NCBI GenBank assembly: GCA_964572255.1
Contig: CAZNEE010000003.1
Coordinates: 182,539-246,538 of the forward strand
DNA: 64,000 nucleotides
DNA from: an uncultured Planctomycetia bacterium
GTDB taxonomy: Bacteria > Omnitrophota > Gorgyraeia > Tantalellales > Tantalellaceae
Direction: 5' to 3'
Positions 1-15,000 of the stretch are shown one piece after another. Under the pieces are notes generated by a model. The model was not told the origin of the DNA. It was given only the letters and a program-made list of their open reading frames with translations, and did not search any database. Every line of letters begins with the position of its first letter. Positions within the stretch are counted from its first letter, which is position 1. Both the position numbers and the translations under genes were made by a program.

Positions 1-3000
1 CTTCACTTATATTAAAAAACGGATCGGCAGGTGTAACAGCCTTATTGACAACTTCCATGACGTCGGCATTGATGCCGAAGAAATCCACATCCATCTCGCC
101 GTCCGCAAGTTTTTCGGTATAGAGAAGGTCCCCCGTCTGGTCTCTGTGGTAAGTAACATCCATGAACTCGGGATTCGTGGCTGCCTCGTAATCCTTGACT
201 CCTGTCGCGACGATACCGCGTACATTATTGATCTCCGCCAAAGCCTGGATTGCCGTGGCATACGCCACTGAAAGTGCATTTCTTGCATCTATCACCAGAT
301 CCAAAAGATCGGGTTCCTCTCCGTCGATCTGATCCCATTGATCCAAAGCATCCTGAATGTCGCTTACAGCATCTGCGGTCTTTTGTTTTAAGGCGATATA
401 TGCGGGGTTGGAAGGATCCCTGTTAAGAATCTCCTGTGCCTTTTGATCGGCTGTCTGTGCTTTTGTTAAAGCTGCTGATAAAACATTTATTATCTGCCAG
501 GCTAACTGCTGCCCTTCGTTGGTTTCATACGTAATTTTGATACCAAAAGGACCGGTTATAGTGTGAGTTGTGCCATACCAGCCGTTATATGTCCCATAAT
601 CATTAATCCACTCTATGATCTCGTCGGCGGCCTCAATAACATCATAATAATACCAAGTGCCTGTAAAAATATCTCCCCAGAAATACGAAACTGTCTCCGA
701 TTCAAAATACGTGTTAACGACGCTTGATAAATTGATCAGCGCATCAGCATCAAGATCATTATTGTCTATATAAACTTCGCTCTGCAGAAGTTCGTTGATC
801 GTCTGAGTATCACCGCTTAAGACTGATCCTCCGACTTTTTCTATATGTTCGGCCGCTATCTCGTAGCGTATATCATATTCTTCCGGATCATAGGCATCCG
901 CATCTGTTGCCGGCGGATATGAATCATAGGTGTATGTATGTACTTCCGTGGATTCGACGGAATTATCGCTATCGGTAAGATATTCCGTTATCGTGGTCGA
1001 TTCTATCTGAAGCGGAGCATGAGCCGGATTAGATATATCAGTATCGCTGATATTAAAGACATTGACAGTGGTTGTTTTTCTCACGGCATCGCCGTCAATT
1101 ATGCCGTCATTATTTTGATCCGCGTCCCCATAATAATCTTCAGTGGTTCTTTCACTAAGGACTTTCGTCATGGACGGATAAGCCAGGCTGTAACCTTCCT
1201 CTTGAGACTGCCTGCTTGAAAGAGGATCCTCAAAAGTACTGGTCATCCTTCTGGTTGTGTGTATTATCTCTTCTTCGGTGGTTTCGCCAAAATCCCTGAC
1301 ATTGCCGGACTCAATAACTTGACTTACGAGATTGCCTCTCTCGTCATATTCCTCGGCCAACGTGCGTGAAAAGTCTATTGAACCGACATTTACGCCATAA
1401 TTTATTCCTGTATCAGTATTCAAAATGCCAACATGGTAGTAATTTCCCACAAGCCGGTCTATCCATCCCCAGTCTCCTGCGCCGGCAATAAGCGCATCGT
1501 ATTCAGTTTCATATCCCTGATGATCATGGTAGTTCATGATCAGATGCTTCAAATTAAAAGCCTCTCCACCGCCCTCGACCAGATGATAATTGTATGTTTC
1601 CCCTTCTATAAATGTCGGGTTCACCAGAGATTCGCCTACCTTGTCGTATTTTATGCTGGAAGTCGTTTTGGTGACCATGCCGGGCTGAGAAATACCCTGC
1701 GTGACACTGTTTATGTACGCGACATCCCCTCCGGCCTCAGTTGTATAGACAGTTGTAACTTCGGTCATGAGCATCTTATCCAAAGACATTTCTGAACCCT
1801 GAAGAAAGAGGAGATAGTCATCTTCATGCGTGTTATAAAGGTTGACGACCTGATCATAAATACCTTCAACTTCAGGTATAACAAGATCGATCTGATCTTC
1901 CAGTTCCTGTAACCTGGGTGAAATGTCCGCTATAACAGCGCTGTCAAGCGGCCATGGTGTGATCCAATAACTGAGTATCACATTGCATTCATCTGCCATG
2001 CTTTCAACTGCATCTATAGCATCCTGTAAAGTTTGAACAAAATCAGACGAAGGATCCAGCTGAGCAATTTCCTGCGCCAAAGGAAGTCTGTTTGTTAACA
2101 TGGTTGAAATGTTCGAAAGAAAATTCAATGCATTATTAATATCATTCATCATCCTCAAGAACTCTTGTTCCTTATTTTCCCAATTTCTATTTATAGCGCT
2201 AACTATCTGATCGTGCGCTGTATCTAAATAAGGTAAAACACCGGCTTCCATGGGAGGATCCATCGGAACAACATAAAATAACGCGTCCCGTATTTCTCTG
2301 CTGTTAACAGCTATTTGATAACTTGCCTCAAGCGCGGCTTCATCAAATTCTTCATATTCTATTCTTCTTGAGAATATGTTGCGGTCTTTTTCGTCATATT
2401 CCATATCATGCATCTCGAAATGATATGTCTGGTCGCCGCGTCTTCCGGATTCCTCGTAACTGGCGATATTGCCGTCTTCGTTATAGGTGATATTTTCCCT
2501 GGTAAATTCGTAATACATGCCGGTAGAAGTCCTGCCCTCTTCGCTGAACTGCATCATCTTGCCGTCAGCGTCATAATAGATATCCGATCTCACGCTCTGG
2601 AAATACCTGAGGTCGCCTTCAAAGGTCCTTATGGTCTGTACGTCCGTATAATCGGTACCGGCTTCGTGAGCTCTCTTGTAGCCCGTCTCGGTGCCGGGAT
2701 CGAACCATCCGTCACCGTTAAGGTCATCGTAATACAGATATATGGCGGTATTGGAAACATAATCCATCCCGTTCTCGTCATGAGTGTAATACGCTATCAT
2801 GTCGGTGGATTCTTCTCCCACCCCGCCCTTATAGTATGTTTCACTCGATAGGACCACGCCGTAAGTCTGTCCGAAAATAACCAGTTCTATAGCTCTTGAT
2901 ATCTGCCCCAAATGATATTCGCCGTAAGTTTGCCCCGGCAAAAGAACTCTGGCGTTGTCCAGAGCTTGAAGCAATGGATCAAGAAAATCCCGGTCCGCTT

Positions 3001-6000
3001 CGCCCCTGTCATGAAGATCGGTCACCCATGCTATAGCCTGATCAAGGGCATTTTCGCCCTGGTTATAGTCTTCGTCCTCAAAATAGGTATATGCGTCTTC
3101 AAGTGTTGTTCTGATAAGATCCAATTCGCTTGAAATTTCGTCAGCTGCAAAGCGCGATACGACCTTGGCCATGTAATCGCTCCTTGAGGCGTTCGAGGCT
3201 GTCGTGTAATCTGCCGCGTACAAATACTGGTTGATGTGGAGCTTGTTCACCGGATCACCCGATGTGTAGATCCAGGCATAATCGGATATTTCCTCGTTGT
3301 AATCTCCAATAAAGAAGGTCTTTGACCTTCTGCCTGTCGTGTAATCGCTGTGGACGAGAGGCACAATATCGGTTATCAGATCGCCTTCCAATAGTTTCTC
3401 TGTATTAAAAGTGGTCGAACTTACCTTCGGCGTTTCAAATACGGTATCGGAAGCCCTCTGTTGACCGTCCCCGTAGAAATTGACAGTGATCTGAGTATTG
3501 TCAAATTCATCCGGCCCGGGGGCCCCGCGGCCTTCCTTGCTGTAACTGATGGTGTAGTCGGCTATCTCATAACTCAAGGCTCCAACAAACCATGTTTCGG
3601 TCCTTCTTAAAGCGGGCGGTTCATTAACCGCATTAATAACGCCGTTATCCTCATCTATATCCAGGCCCTCTTTCTTGTTATATGTAACTGTGTGGGTCAA
3701 AGCGCCTGTAGCGGCATCATCATAGTAATAAATGGTCGTATTTCTGATGTTCGTCCCGTCCGTCCTGTACGCGTAAATCCAGAGAACCTGTTCCTCTCCT
3801 CTTTCCTCGTTCCTGTAATACGTAGCCTGCTGGAGGGTGTCGGCAATATCGGTGCCCCTTCTGGTCTCGCTCTTTGTCATGAACGACTCTTCGCTGACGC
3901 CTTCTTCATCCGCCAAGCTGTATCTTCCTTTTAGAGGATCGAAATTGAAATAATAATACCAGGTGCGGTTATCGATGGTCTCACCGTCGCGCTTATAATT
4001 GTCCGTATAATGTGATAATTCCGCGCCCGCATAACCGTGATAATAAGTCTCGCTTATCTTCATGACCGCATCCGGATCGGCTATACTAAAAGTGCCCAGG
4101 TCAGTATCTACGCTTAATCCCAGTTCCTTCCTGTAGACCGTACTTATCTCCATGCTACCGTCAGGCCTGTAGGTGTATTTACTTGTCGTCTTCACGGTAG
4201 TGCCGTCATACCTGTATTCCTGGCTCCAGTTCAGCCTTTCCTCGCCTTTTTCCTCGCCCTCGTAATAAGAGATCTGTTTTACAGCTAAGGGATCGGTGCC
4301 TCTGACCGTTATCGACCTGGTCATGTAAGAATCGGACCTTATGTCGGGAGCAGTGGCTTCGGTGTATCTTCCGGCATCAGTATAATAATAGTACCAGGTA
4401 CGGGTGAATACTGATTCATCCGGCAGGAATACATCGGTATAATCCGTTATTTCATCGCCCTTGCCGCCTGAATACCATGTCTGGCTTCTCTTCGCGCCAA
4501 GCGCCGCGGACGGCGGTATGGTATGCGGGTTATCACTGTCAGGAGTCCTTACAACATCGTCTTTATATATCGTAGTGTACTTAAGGCTGTTATCGTTCGC
4601 GGGATCATAGACATACAGAGTCGTAGTCCTGACCTCTTCACTGGCATTGTAATCCTGGCTGAATGAGATCCTCTCTTCGCCTTTTTCATCGCCCTCGTAA
4701 TAAGAGATCTGTTTTACGGGTGAAGTAAGTTCATCATCGCCTCTTGTAGTTATAGTCCTTGTCAGATACGATGCAGGCCCTATTCCCGGCGTGCTCGCGC
4801 GGGCGTACTTATGATCATCATCCGAATCATTGATAAAGTAATAGTACCATGTGCGCGTGGTAAGAGCGTTATTGCGGAAGCTGTCGGTGTAATCGATGAT
4901 CTCTTCGCCCCTATCGCCGTGATAGACCGTTTCACTCTTCTTGTCCAAAGTGAATACTTCAGCTTCCGGGCCCAGTTCAGGCGGTTCGACCCCCAGATCC
5001 TGGAACCGTTCTTCACCGTCAATATATATCGTGCTCTTCTGGAGGCTGTCATCAGGATTGTAGGTATAAACCGTAGTAGTCCTAACCTGCGTGCCGTTAA
5101 AGCTGTATTCCTGGCTCCAGGAGATCTGCTCTTCACCTTTTTCGGCGTTCTTGTAATAAGAGACCTGCGAGGTATACTGGCCGCTTTGCCTTATCCTTAC
5201 GTTTATGGTCCGGGTGATATATGAATACACCTCAGCATCCGCGGCCTGTGTGTACCTGTCCGAATCCGTATTATAATAATAAGTGATCTTACTATCCTCT
5301 ATATCGTTCTTGTAGTTGATGACATAGTCTATTATTTCCTCGCCTCTTTCCAGCTGATAAAAAGTGCGGCTTTCTTTTTCGAGGCTAAGCGCAACAGGAT
5401 CGGGGGCAGGTGCGGGATCGCCCGGCGCTGCCGGACCCCTTTCCGTATCGTCCTTGTAGACCGTTGTCCGCACTAATCTGTCATCAATGTTGCCGTATTC
5501 ATATATGGTCGTTGTCTTCACGTTTTCGTTGAAATTGTATTCCTGGGTCCAGCGGATCTGTTCTTCGCCTTTTTCCGTGCCTATGTAATAAGCTGCCTGC
5601 TTTAATTTATTAACACCCGCGGGATCTCTTCTTGAGATGGTCTTCGTCATGTAGGAATCTACATTGATCTGCGTATCAGACGCTTCGGCGTACCTATTTG
5701 CATCGCTGGCAAAGTAATAATATTTAGTGCGTACCGATTCTATTCCGTTAGTGTAGCTGCTTGCGTAATCGGCGATTTCTTCTCCTTTATCGCCTACAAA
5801 AACCGTCATGTTTCTTCTTACGGCATCGTCATCGCCCAGGCCGTCTTCATCTATCGCTACAGTGCCTGAAGTGTAGTCCGCGACTATGCCAATTTCGTCC
5901 CTATACACTACGGTTGATACTAGCGCATCTTCCGCGTCATAATTATAATTAGTCGTTGTCTTGATGGCTGTCGCGAGGTAATTATATTCCTGGCTCCAGG

Positions 6001-9000
6001 AGATCAGTTCCTCGCCCTTGACGGGGTTCTTGTAATATGTCTCCTGTTTAATGAGCGCATCTGGTGCCTGACCTCTTCTTGTCACGGTCCTGGTTATGTA
6101 AGAGTCGGGCCTTATGTCGCTGTCCGTCGCATAGGCGTATCTTTCAGCATCCGTGTGGTACTGGTACCATGTACGGGTATCAAAATTGCCGCTGAGCTTA
6201 TAATTGTCCGTGTAATTTGAGATCTCTTCGCCCTTGCCTCCTACAAACCATGTCTGGCTCTTTATTGCCCCCAGATCCGCAGACGGCGGTATAGTGCGCG
6301 GATAATCACTTTCGGGAGTTCTTTCAACGGTATCTTTATAAACCGTGCTGGATTTCATGCTTCCGTCAGTCGCGTCGTTATAATCAAAAATAGTCGTCGT
6401 TTTTACGGTTAAACCGTCATATTTATAATCCTGCGAGAAGTCCACCTGTTCTTCGCCTTTCACATCGCCGCGATAATATGAGACCTGTTTCATCCTGGGA
6501 TCAGCCCCCAAAGGATCCCTTATTATGACCGATTTTGTCATGTAGGAATCAGGATTAACACGGCTATCTGTAGCTCTGATATATTTATCCGTGTTATCCA
6601 CAAAATAATAGAAATACGTACGGGTATCTGTTGTTGTGCCGTCGCCCTTATAGTTATCGGTATAATTAGCTATCTCCTCGTTCTTGTCCCCGACGAACCA
6701 TGTCTGGCTCTTGAGAACGCCAAGCGGCGGTACAGGTACAACCGGAGGATCGACCTTAGGATTCTTGGATTCCGGCGTTCTTACTTCGTCATCTTTATAA
6801 ACTGAAGTGAACTTGAGGTTCCGGTCATCCGGATCATACGTATAAATAGTGGTCGTTATGACATTACTGCCCGTGTAATCGTATTCCTGGGTCCAGGAAA
6901 CCTGTTCTTCGCCTTTTTCCTCGTTCTCATAGTAGCTTATTTGTTTTAAAGCGCCTGCGGGATCAGTGCCTCTTCTCACTTCGCTCATCGTCATGAATGA
7001 ATCGGGGCTTACGCCGGTTTCCGTGGCGCGGGCGTATCTGTCTGCGGGACTGTAATAGAAATATCTTGTGCGGGTGTAAACATCTTCGCTGGCTGTGAAA
7101 CTGTCAGTATAATCGGCGATCTCCTCTCCCTTGTATCCGGCAAATACTGTTCTGCTTAGCTTTATGCCAAGATCGGCCGGGTCGGGCCTTGGAGCGGGAT
7201 CAAGAACTCCCGGAGGACCTCTCTCGGTATCATCTTTATACACTGTGCTTGACTGCATACTGCCGTCAGAATTATAAGCATAAAGCGTGGTCGTTCTTAC
7301 TTCATCCCCCATGTAGTTGTATTCCTGGCTCCATGCCGTCTGCTCTTCGCCTCTTTCCTCGTTCTCATAATAAGAGATCTGCCTTAATCTCTGGGTGCCA
7401 AGAGGATCCCTCACGGCCCGTGACTTTGTCATGTAAGAGTTGGGATCCAATGAGGCCAAGGCAGCGCCTTCATACCTGTTGGAATCCGTCCTGTAAAAAT
7501 AGGTTGTTCTTACATCGATCTCTGTGCCGTCCTCTTTGAACATATCAGTATAATCAGCAATTTCATCACCCTTATCTCCCTGGAACCATGTCTCGCTCTT
7601 TTTCACAAGACCAAGCGTTCCCGGATCCGGAGCGAGATAATCCGGCGCCGAGGGTATTCTCACCGTATCGTCTTTATACACGGTAGAGCGTTTCATGCTG
7701 TCATCCGTATTATATTCATATATAGTAGTAGTTATTACTTCCTCTATATGGTATTTGTATTCCTGGCTCCAGGCGATCTGTTCTTCGCCCTTTTCATCGC
7801 CTCGGAAATAAGCTACCTGTTTTAAAGAGGAAGTCGTGAAAGCCCCTCTTCTGGCTTCAGTCATTGTCATGTAAGAGTCGATCGTCACGCCGGCATCACT
7901 TGCTCTTGCAAAATTATCGGCATCGGTGTGATAAAAATATGTGGTGCGTGAAGTAACGATAGTGTTCTTGTAGTTAAATGAATAATCCGCTATTTCATCG
8001 CCCTTGCCGAGGTGTATATCAAAGAAGGTGGAACTCTTGATATTGGCCGGGTCTATATGATCCACCGCATCTTCGCCTGTGAACCCGGCTGTTGCTTTGT
8101 AGGTGTCCTGCCGGATCATCGCGTCATCCGCTTCCGCCGCACTTGCCCGTTTCTCACCAACGTAATAGAAAATACTGACTTCCGCGACGGTCGTGCCGTT
8201 CGCCGCGTAATTATAGGTGAAATCGGTTATCTCATTCCCCTTCCCTATATGTATATCAAAATAGGTCGAACTTCTGCGGTTACTGATAGCCACTTCGCCT
8301 ATTGAAAATGCTTTATGCGTATCCTGGCGCACCATGGCGTCTTCCGTTCCCGCCAGAGACGCCCTTACCTCGCCCTGATAGTAGAAAATACTTATAGTCC
8401 TTACGGTAGTTCCGCCTTTCTTGTAGCCGTATGAATAGTCCGCTATTTCATCGCCCTTGCCGAAACGCGTATCAAAGAAAGTAGAACTTGTGCGGGTTGT
8501 CTTATTCTCCTCATCGATAAACTGTATAGCATCATCCCCCTCATGGCCTTCCACGGCTTTATATGAATCCTGTTGGATCATTGCGTCTTCCGATTCCGCA
8601 AGGCTGGCTCTTTTGCCTCCCCAGTAATACGAAATTGACACTGACCTCACGGTCGTACCATCGGACCTGTAGCCGTATGAATAATCGACTATTTCATCGC
8701 CTTTGCCCAAATGTATGTCGAAGAATGTCGTGCTCTTGCGGTTGGTATCGGCTACCAGTAAAATCGAAGTTGTCTCATAAGTATGCTGTTTTATCATGGC
8801 GTCTTCTGTTCCCGCTTCGCTTGCCCTCACGCCGCCCTGATAGAAGAAAATATTAACCGTCCTTGCGGTCGTGCCGTCGGACCTGTAGCTGTATGAATAA
8901 TCGGCTATTTCATCGCCCTTGCCGAGAACGGTACTGAAGAATGTCGAACTTCTGCGGTTGGTATCTGCTATTGTATTTATGGAGTTTGTTACATGCGTGT

Positions 9001-12000
9001 CCTGGCGGACCATGACATCTTCCGCCTCGACAAGGGATGCCCTCTTAGCATCCGCGCTGTAATAGAACACTCCTACTGTTCTTACGCTTATACCGTCGCC
9101 TCCATAGTTATAAGTATAATCGACTATTTCGTTGCCTTTACCCAGGTGAATATCGAATATGCTTGAACTCTTGCGGTTGGTCTTATTTTCCTCATCGATG
9201 TAGTTGATAGCGTCCTCTCCCGTGAACCCGACAACGGTCTTATAGGTATCCTGCTGCACCATCGCGTCTTCCGTCGATGCCAGGCTTGCCCTTACCTGTG
9301 TAGTATCCTGATAGTAGAATATACCGACCGTTCTGACGGTAGCACCGTCACCGCCGTAAGTATAGGTATAATCTGATATCTCCTCGCCCTTGCCGAGGCC
9401 TGTGTAGAAGAAGGTTGAACTCTTGCGGTTGGAAACTGCTGCCGCGAAAATAGAATCTGCTTTGTGAGTATCCTGCTGTATCATCGCATCAGAAGTATTT
9501 GCTTCACTTGCCCTCTTGTCGCCTTGATAGAAGAAGACACCCACGGTTCTTACGGTTGTCCCGTCAGCGGCATAGTTATACGTATAGTCAGAAACTTCAT
9601 CTCCCTTGCCGAGATGTGTGTCAAAGAAGGTGGAGCTTCTGCGAGTCGTGATACTTATATTAAGGATCGAATCGGTTTTGTGCGTATCCTGGCGGATCAT
9701 CGCGTCTTCTATGCCTGCCGCGCTTGCCCTTACGCCGCCCTCATAGAAGAAAACTCCCACCGTAATTACTGTTGTTCCGTCACTTGCATAAGTATAGGTA
9801 TAATCCGCTATCTCATCGCCCTTACCGAGATTGGCATCAAAGAACGTTGAGCTCTTACGGTTGTCCTCGCTTATCTCTCCGATAGAAGTCGCTACGTGCG
9901 TGTCCTGACGCACCATTACATCTTCAACCCCTGATTCGCTTGCTCTTTTTTCGCCCAAATAATAGAAAACACCTACTGTTCGCGCGGTCGATCCATCGCC
10001 GCCGTAATTATAGGTATAATCGACTATCTCATCGCCCTTGCCGAGATGTGCGTCGAAGAAACTTGAACTCTTGCGGTTTATGATAGCTATATTATCGATC
10101 GAATCCGTGATATGAGTATCCTGGCGGATAAGTACATCCTCCGACTCTGCCAGAAAAGCTCTCTTTTCGCCGTAATAATAAAATACGCCTACCGATCTGA
10201 TGCTTGTCCCGTCACTACCGTAGTTGTATATGTAATCGGCTATTTCCCCGCCTTTACCGAAATGAATATCAAAGAAGGTAGAACTCCTGCGTTCTTTCTT
10301 AGTGGCAATATCGATGTGATCCACCGCGTCCTGGTCCGTAAAACCTTCGGCTGCCTTATATGAATCCTGCTGGATCATGGCGTCTTCCGTTCCCGCTTCG
10401 CTTGCTCTTCTTTCTCCCTGATAATAGAATATCCCGATCGTTCTCACGGTCGTTCCGTCGCTGGCATAGTTGTACGTGTAATCCGCGATCTCATCGCCCT
10501 TGCCGAGACGTACATCAAAGAAGGTCGTGCTCCTTCGGGTGGTATCAGTTATTGAAAGGATCGAATCCGCCCTGTGGGAATCCTGTTTCATCAGCGCGTC
10601 TTCCGAACTCGCTTCGCCCGCCCTCTTATTATCATCATAGAAGAAAACGCCTACTGTCTTTACTATAGTGCCGCCTAAAGCATAGCTGTAAGTGTAGTCC
10701 GCGATCTCATCGCCTTTCCCGTAAGTTATATCGAAGAATGTAGAACTCTTTCTGTTTTCTTTGGTTGTATCATTTACCTCTCCTATACCGCCGACTTCAT
10801 ATGTATCCTGCTGTATAAGAGAGTCTTCATCAGACGCAAGGGAAGCTCTCTTGTTCCCTTCATAATAAAATACTCCTACAGTTTTAACTGTTGTACCGTC
10901 ATTGCCGTAACTATAAGTATAGTCGGCTATTTCATCGCCTTTGCCTATATGAGCATCGAAGAATGTCGAACTCTTGCGATTGGCATTCTCCGCCAGATCA
11001 ACAGAAGCGGCAACATGCGTGTCCTGCCTTATGAGCACATCATCCGCTTCTGCCGTATTTGCCCTCTTTTCGCCCTGATAGTAGAAAACCCCTACGCTTC
11101 TTACGCTTGTACCGTCGCCTCCGTAGTTATAGGTATAATCGACTATTTCGCTGCCTTTGCCGAGATGAATATCGAAGAAGGTCGAATTCTTTCTGTACTC
11201 TTTAGTCGCATCATTTACCTGCGTTATGTGTGATACCTTATATGTATCCTGCCGGATGAGTGCATCCTGCGAACCTGCTACGCTTGCCCTGTTGTCCCCC
11301 TGATAATAGAAAACTCCCACCGTTCTTACCACCGTTCCGCCGACACCATAGTTATACGTATAATCTGATATCTCATCGCCCTTGCCCAGATGTATATCAA
11401 AAAAGGTTGAATTTCTGCGGTTAGACAATGATACGTTGAGGATCGAATCCGTCTTGTGTGTATCCTGGCGAACCATGGCGTCTTCTGAGCTGGCTTCATT
11501 TGCTCTCTTTATGCCCTGATAATAGAATATCCCTACTGTCTTTACTATCGTGCCGCCCGAAGCATAACTGTATGTGTAATCGGACACTTCATCACCTTTA
11601 CCGAATCTAATGCTGAAGAAGGTCGAGCTTTTTCTGCCTTCTTTTGTTCCGGTATCAATAAAATCTATTGCGTCATCGCCTCTTTCGCCCTCTTCGGTCT
11701 GATATGAATCCTGCTGGATCATGGCGTCCTCCGAACCGGCTGAAATTGCTCTCTTGTCCCCTTCATAATAGAAAATGCCTACTGTCTTTACTGTAGTTCC
11801 GTCGGAAGCATAATTATACGTAAAATCTGCGATCTCATCGCCCTTGCCGAGATGTGTATCAAAGAAGGTCGAGCTCTTGCGGTTACCCTCGGCAATAAGA
11901 TCAACTGAACTTGCATTATGAGAATCCTGTCTGATAAGAAGATCTTCAGCTTCAGCAAGTGATGCTCTTTTTTCTCCGCTATAGTAGAAAACCCCTACTG

Positions 12001-15000
12001 ACCTTACCGAAACTCCGTCACCGCCGTAGTTATAGGTATGGTCTGATATTTCGTTGCCTTTACCGAGATGTATATCGAAGAAAGTCGAACTCTTGCGGTT
12101 AGTCTTATTCACTTCATCTATAAAGAGGATCGCGTCCGATCCGGTATGGCCTTCCGTGGTCTTATATGTATCCTGCTGTACCATAGCGTCTTCCGTTGAC
12201 GCCAGAGATGCCCTCAACGCGGTAGTATCTTTATAATAGAATATCCCTATACTTCTGACTGTCTCACCGTCATAACCGTAATTATAAGTATAATCGGCTA
12301 TTTCATCGCCTTTACCGAGGTGGATATCAAAGAATGTTGAATTCTTACGGTTAGAAAGTGCTACATTGAGAATTGAATCTGTCTTGTGGGTATCCTGCTG
12401 GATGAGCGCGTCTTCTATTTCGGCTTCGCTCGCCCTCTTCGCTCCTTGATAGAACATTATACCTACCGTTCTTACCGTAGTTCCGTCACCGGCATAAGTA
12501 TAGGTATAATCCACTATCTCATCGCCTTTACCGAAACGGTGATCAAAGAAGGTTGAACTCTTTCGGTTAGTATTAGCGATCTTTAAAATTGAATCTGTCT
12601 TGTGTGTATCCTGCTGGATAAGCGCATCCTCTGTGCTTGCAAGAGACGCTCTCTTGCCGTCCTGGTAGAACATCACACTTACGTTCCTTACCGTCGCGCC
12701 GTCGGAAGCATAGCTGTATGAATAATCAGCTATTTCATCGCCCTTACCGAAACGCGTGTTGAAGAATGTTGAGCTCTTCCGGTTGCTTTGGGCGACTTCC
12801 CATATTGAAGTGGCTATGTGAGTATCCTGTCTTATCAGGGCGCCTTCGGGGTCGGACAAGCTTGCCCGTTTTTCGCCTGTATAATAAAAAACGCTCACGG
12901 TCCTTACGGTCGAACCGTCATAACCGTAATTATATGAGTAGTCTGCCGTTTCTTCGCCTTTGCCGTGAGTCGTATCGAAGAAAGTCGAACTCTTTCGATT
13001 GGCATTTTCTACTAGATCAATAGACCCGGCTTTATGCGTGTCCTGGCGAACAAGGGCATCTTCCACGCTGGCGAGACTGGCTCTTACAGGATCTGGTTCT
13101 CCCTCATAATAGAATACTCCCACGGTCCTTACAAATTCTCCGTCACCGCCGTAGGAGTAATTATAATCTGCTATCTCATCGCCTTTCCCTAAATGAATAT
13201 CAAAGAAAGTCGAACTTCTGCGGGTTGTGGTGGTTACATTATAGATCGAATCTATCTTGTGGGTATCTTGCTGGACCATTGCGTCTTCAACATTGGCAAG
13301 ATCGGCTCTTACAGGATCTGTTTCTCCCTCATAATAAAAAACGGCAACTGTTCTCACGGTGGTCCCGTCACCGGCATAGTTGTAGCTATAATCCGCTATC
13401 TCGTCGCCTTTGCCGAGATGTGTGTCAAAGAATGTTGAACTCTTGCGGTTGGTATCAGCAATATTAAAAATAGAATCTATCTTGTGGGTGTCCTGCCGAA
13501 TAAGCGGATCATCCGCTTCCGCAAGGGTCGCTCTTTTGCCTCCATGGTAATAGAAAACACCCACTATTCTTACGGTCGTTCCGTCAAGCCCGTAGGTATA
13601 TGAATAGTCCGCTATTTCTTCGCCCTTGCCGAGCTGTGTAGCGAAGAAAGTTGTATTTTTGCGGTTGGTTTGGGCAATATCGTAGATTGAATCCGCTTTA
13701 TGAGTATCCTGCTGTTCCATAGCATCTTCAATAGCTGCCCCGCTTGCTCTATTCCCGCCCTCGTAATATAGAACCGCTACCGTTCTCACGGTCGTTCCGT
13801 CGCCTGCATAGTTATAACTGAAATCTGCGATCTCATCGCCTTTACCGAAACGCGTATTGAAAAAGGTTGAACTCTTGCGGTTTGCATATTTGATCTTATC
13901 GATCGCGGAAGTTTTATGAAGGTCTTGCCTTATCAGGGCGTCTTCCGTTTCCGCCTCGCTTGCTCTTATATCACCCTGGTAATAGAAAACACTCACTGTT
14001 CTTACAGTTATTCCGTCGCCGCCGTAACTGTATAGGTAGTCCGCGATCTCATTGCCTTTGCCATGATCTACATCAAAAAATGTTGAGGACCTGCGGGTAG
14101 TAAGGGTTACACTGTAAATTGAATTTGTCTTGTGCGTGTCCTGTCGGATCATCGCATCCTGCGAACTCGCTTCGCTGGCCCGCTTGAAAGCTTCATAATA
14201 GAAAACACCAACAGTCCTTACGGTTGTTCCATTGGAAGAATAATTATAGCTGTAATCCGCGATCTCATCGCCTTTGCCGAGATGTATATCAAAAAATGTT
14301 GAGTTTCTCCGGTTAGTTTCAGCAACTTTATAAATTGAATCTACTTTATGTGTATCCTGCTGTATGAGCTCATCTTCCGATTCAGCCAAAGTAGCTCTTT
14401 TACCTCCAACATAATAAAAAACTCCCACTGTCCTTACGGTCGTGCCGTCACTGCCATAAGAGTAACTGTAATCTGTTATTTCCTCGCCTTTTCCGTGTTG
14501 TACAGCAAAGAACGTGGAACTCTTCCGGTTGGTTTCGGCAATATCGTAGATCGACCCGGCTCTATGCGTATCCTGCTGTACCATCGCGTCTTCCGAACTT
14601 GCTTCGCTTGCCCTCTTGCCCCCCTGATAATAGAAAACACCAATTGTTCTCACGGTTGTTCCGTCAGAAGCGTAGGTATACGTGTAATCGGCCACCTCAT
14701 CTCCCTTGCCGAGATGTATGTCAAAGAATGTTGTATTGATACGGTTATCTAACGCAACATTGCCGATCGAATTCGTTTTATGGCTGTCTTGATAGATAAG
14801 GGCGTCTTCCGGTCCGGCTACGCTTGCCCGCTTATCTCCCTCGTAATACATAACGCCCACTGTCCTTACCGTTGTACCGTCTCCGGCATAACTATACGTG
14901 TAATCGGCTATTTCCGATCCTTTACCGAGATGCGTATTGAAGAAAGTCGAGCTCTTGCGGTTGGTATCGGCTATTTTTAAAATTGAATCCGTCTTATGTG

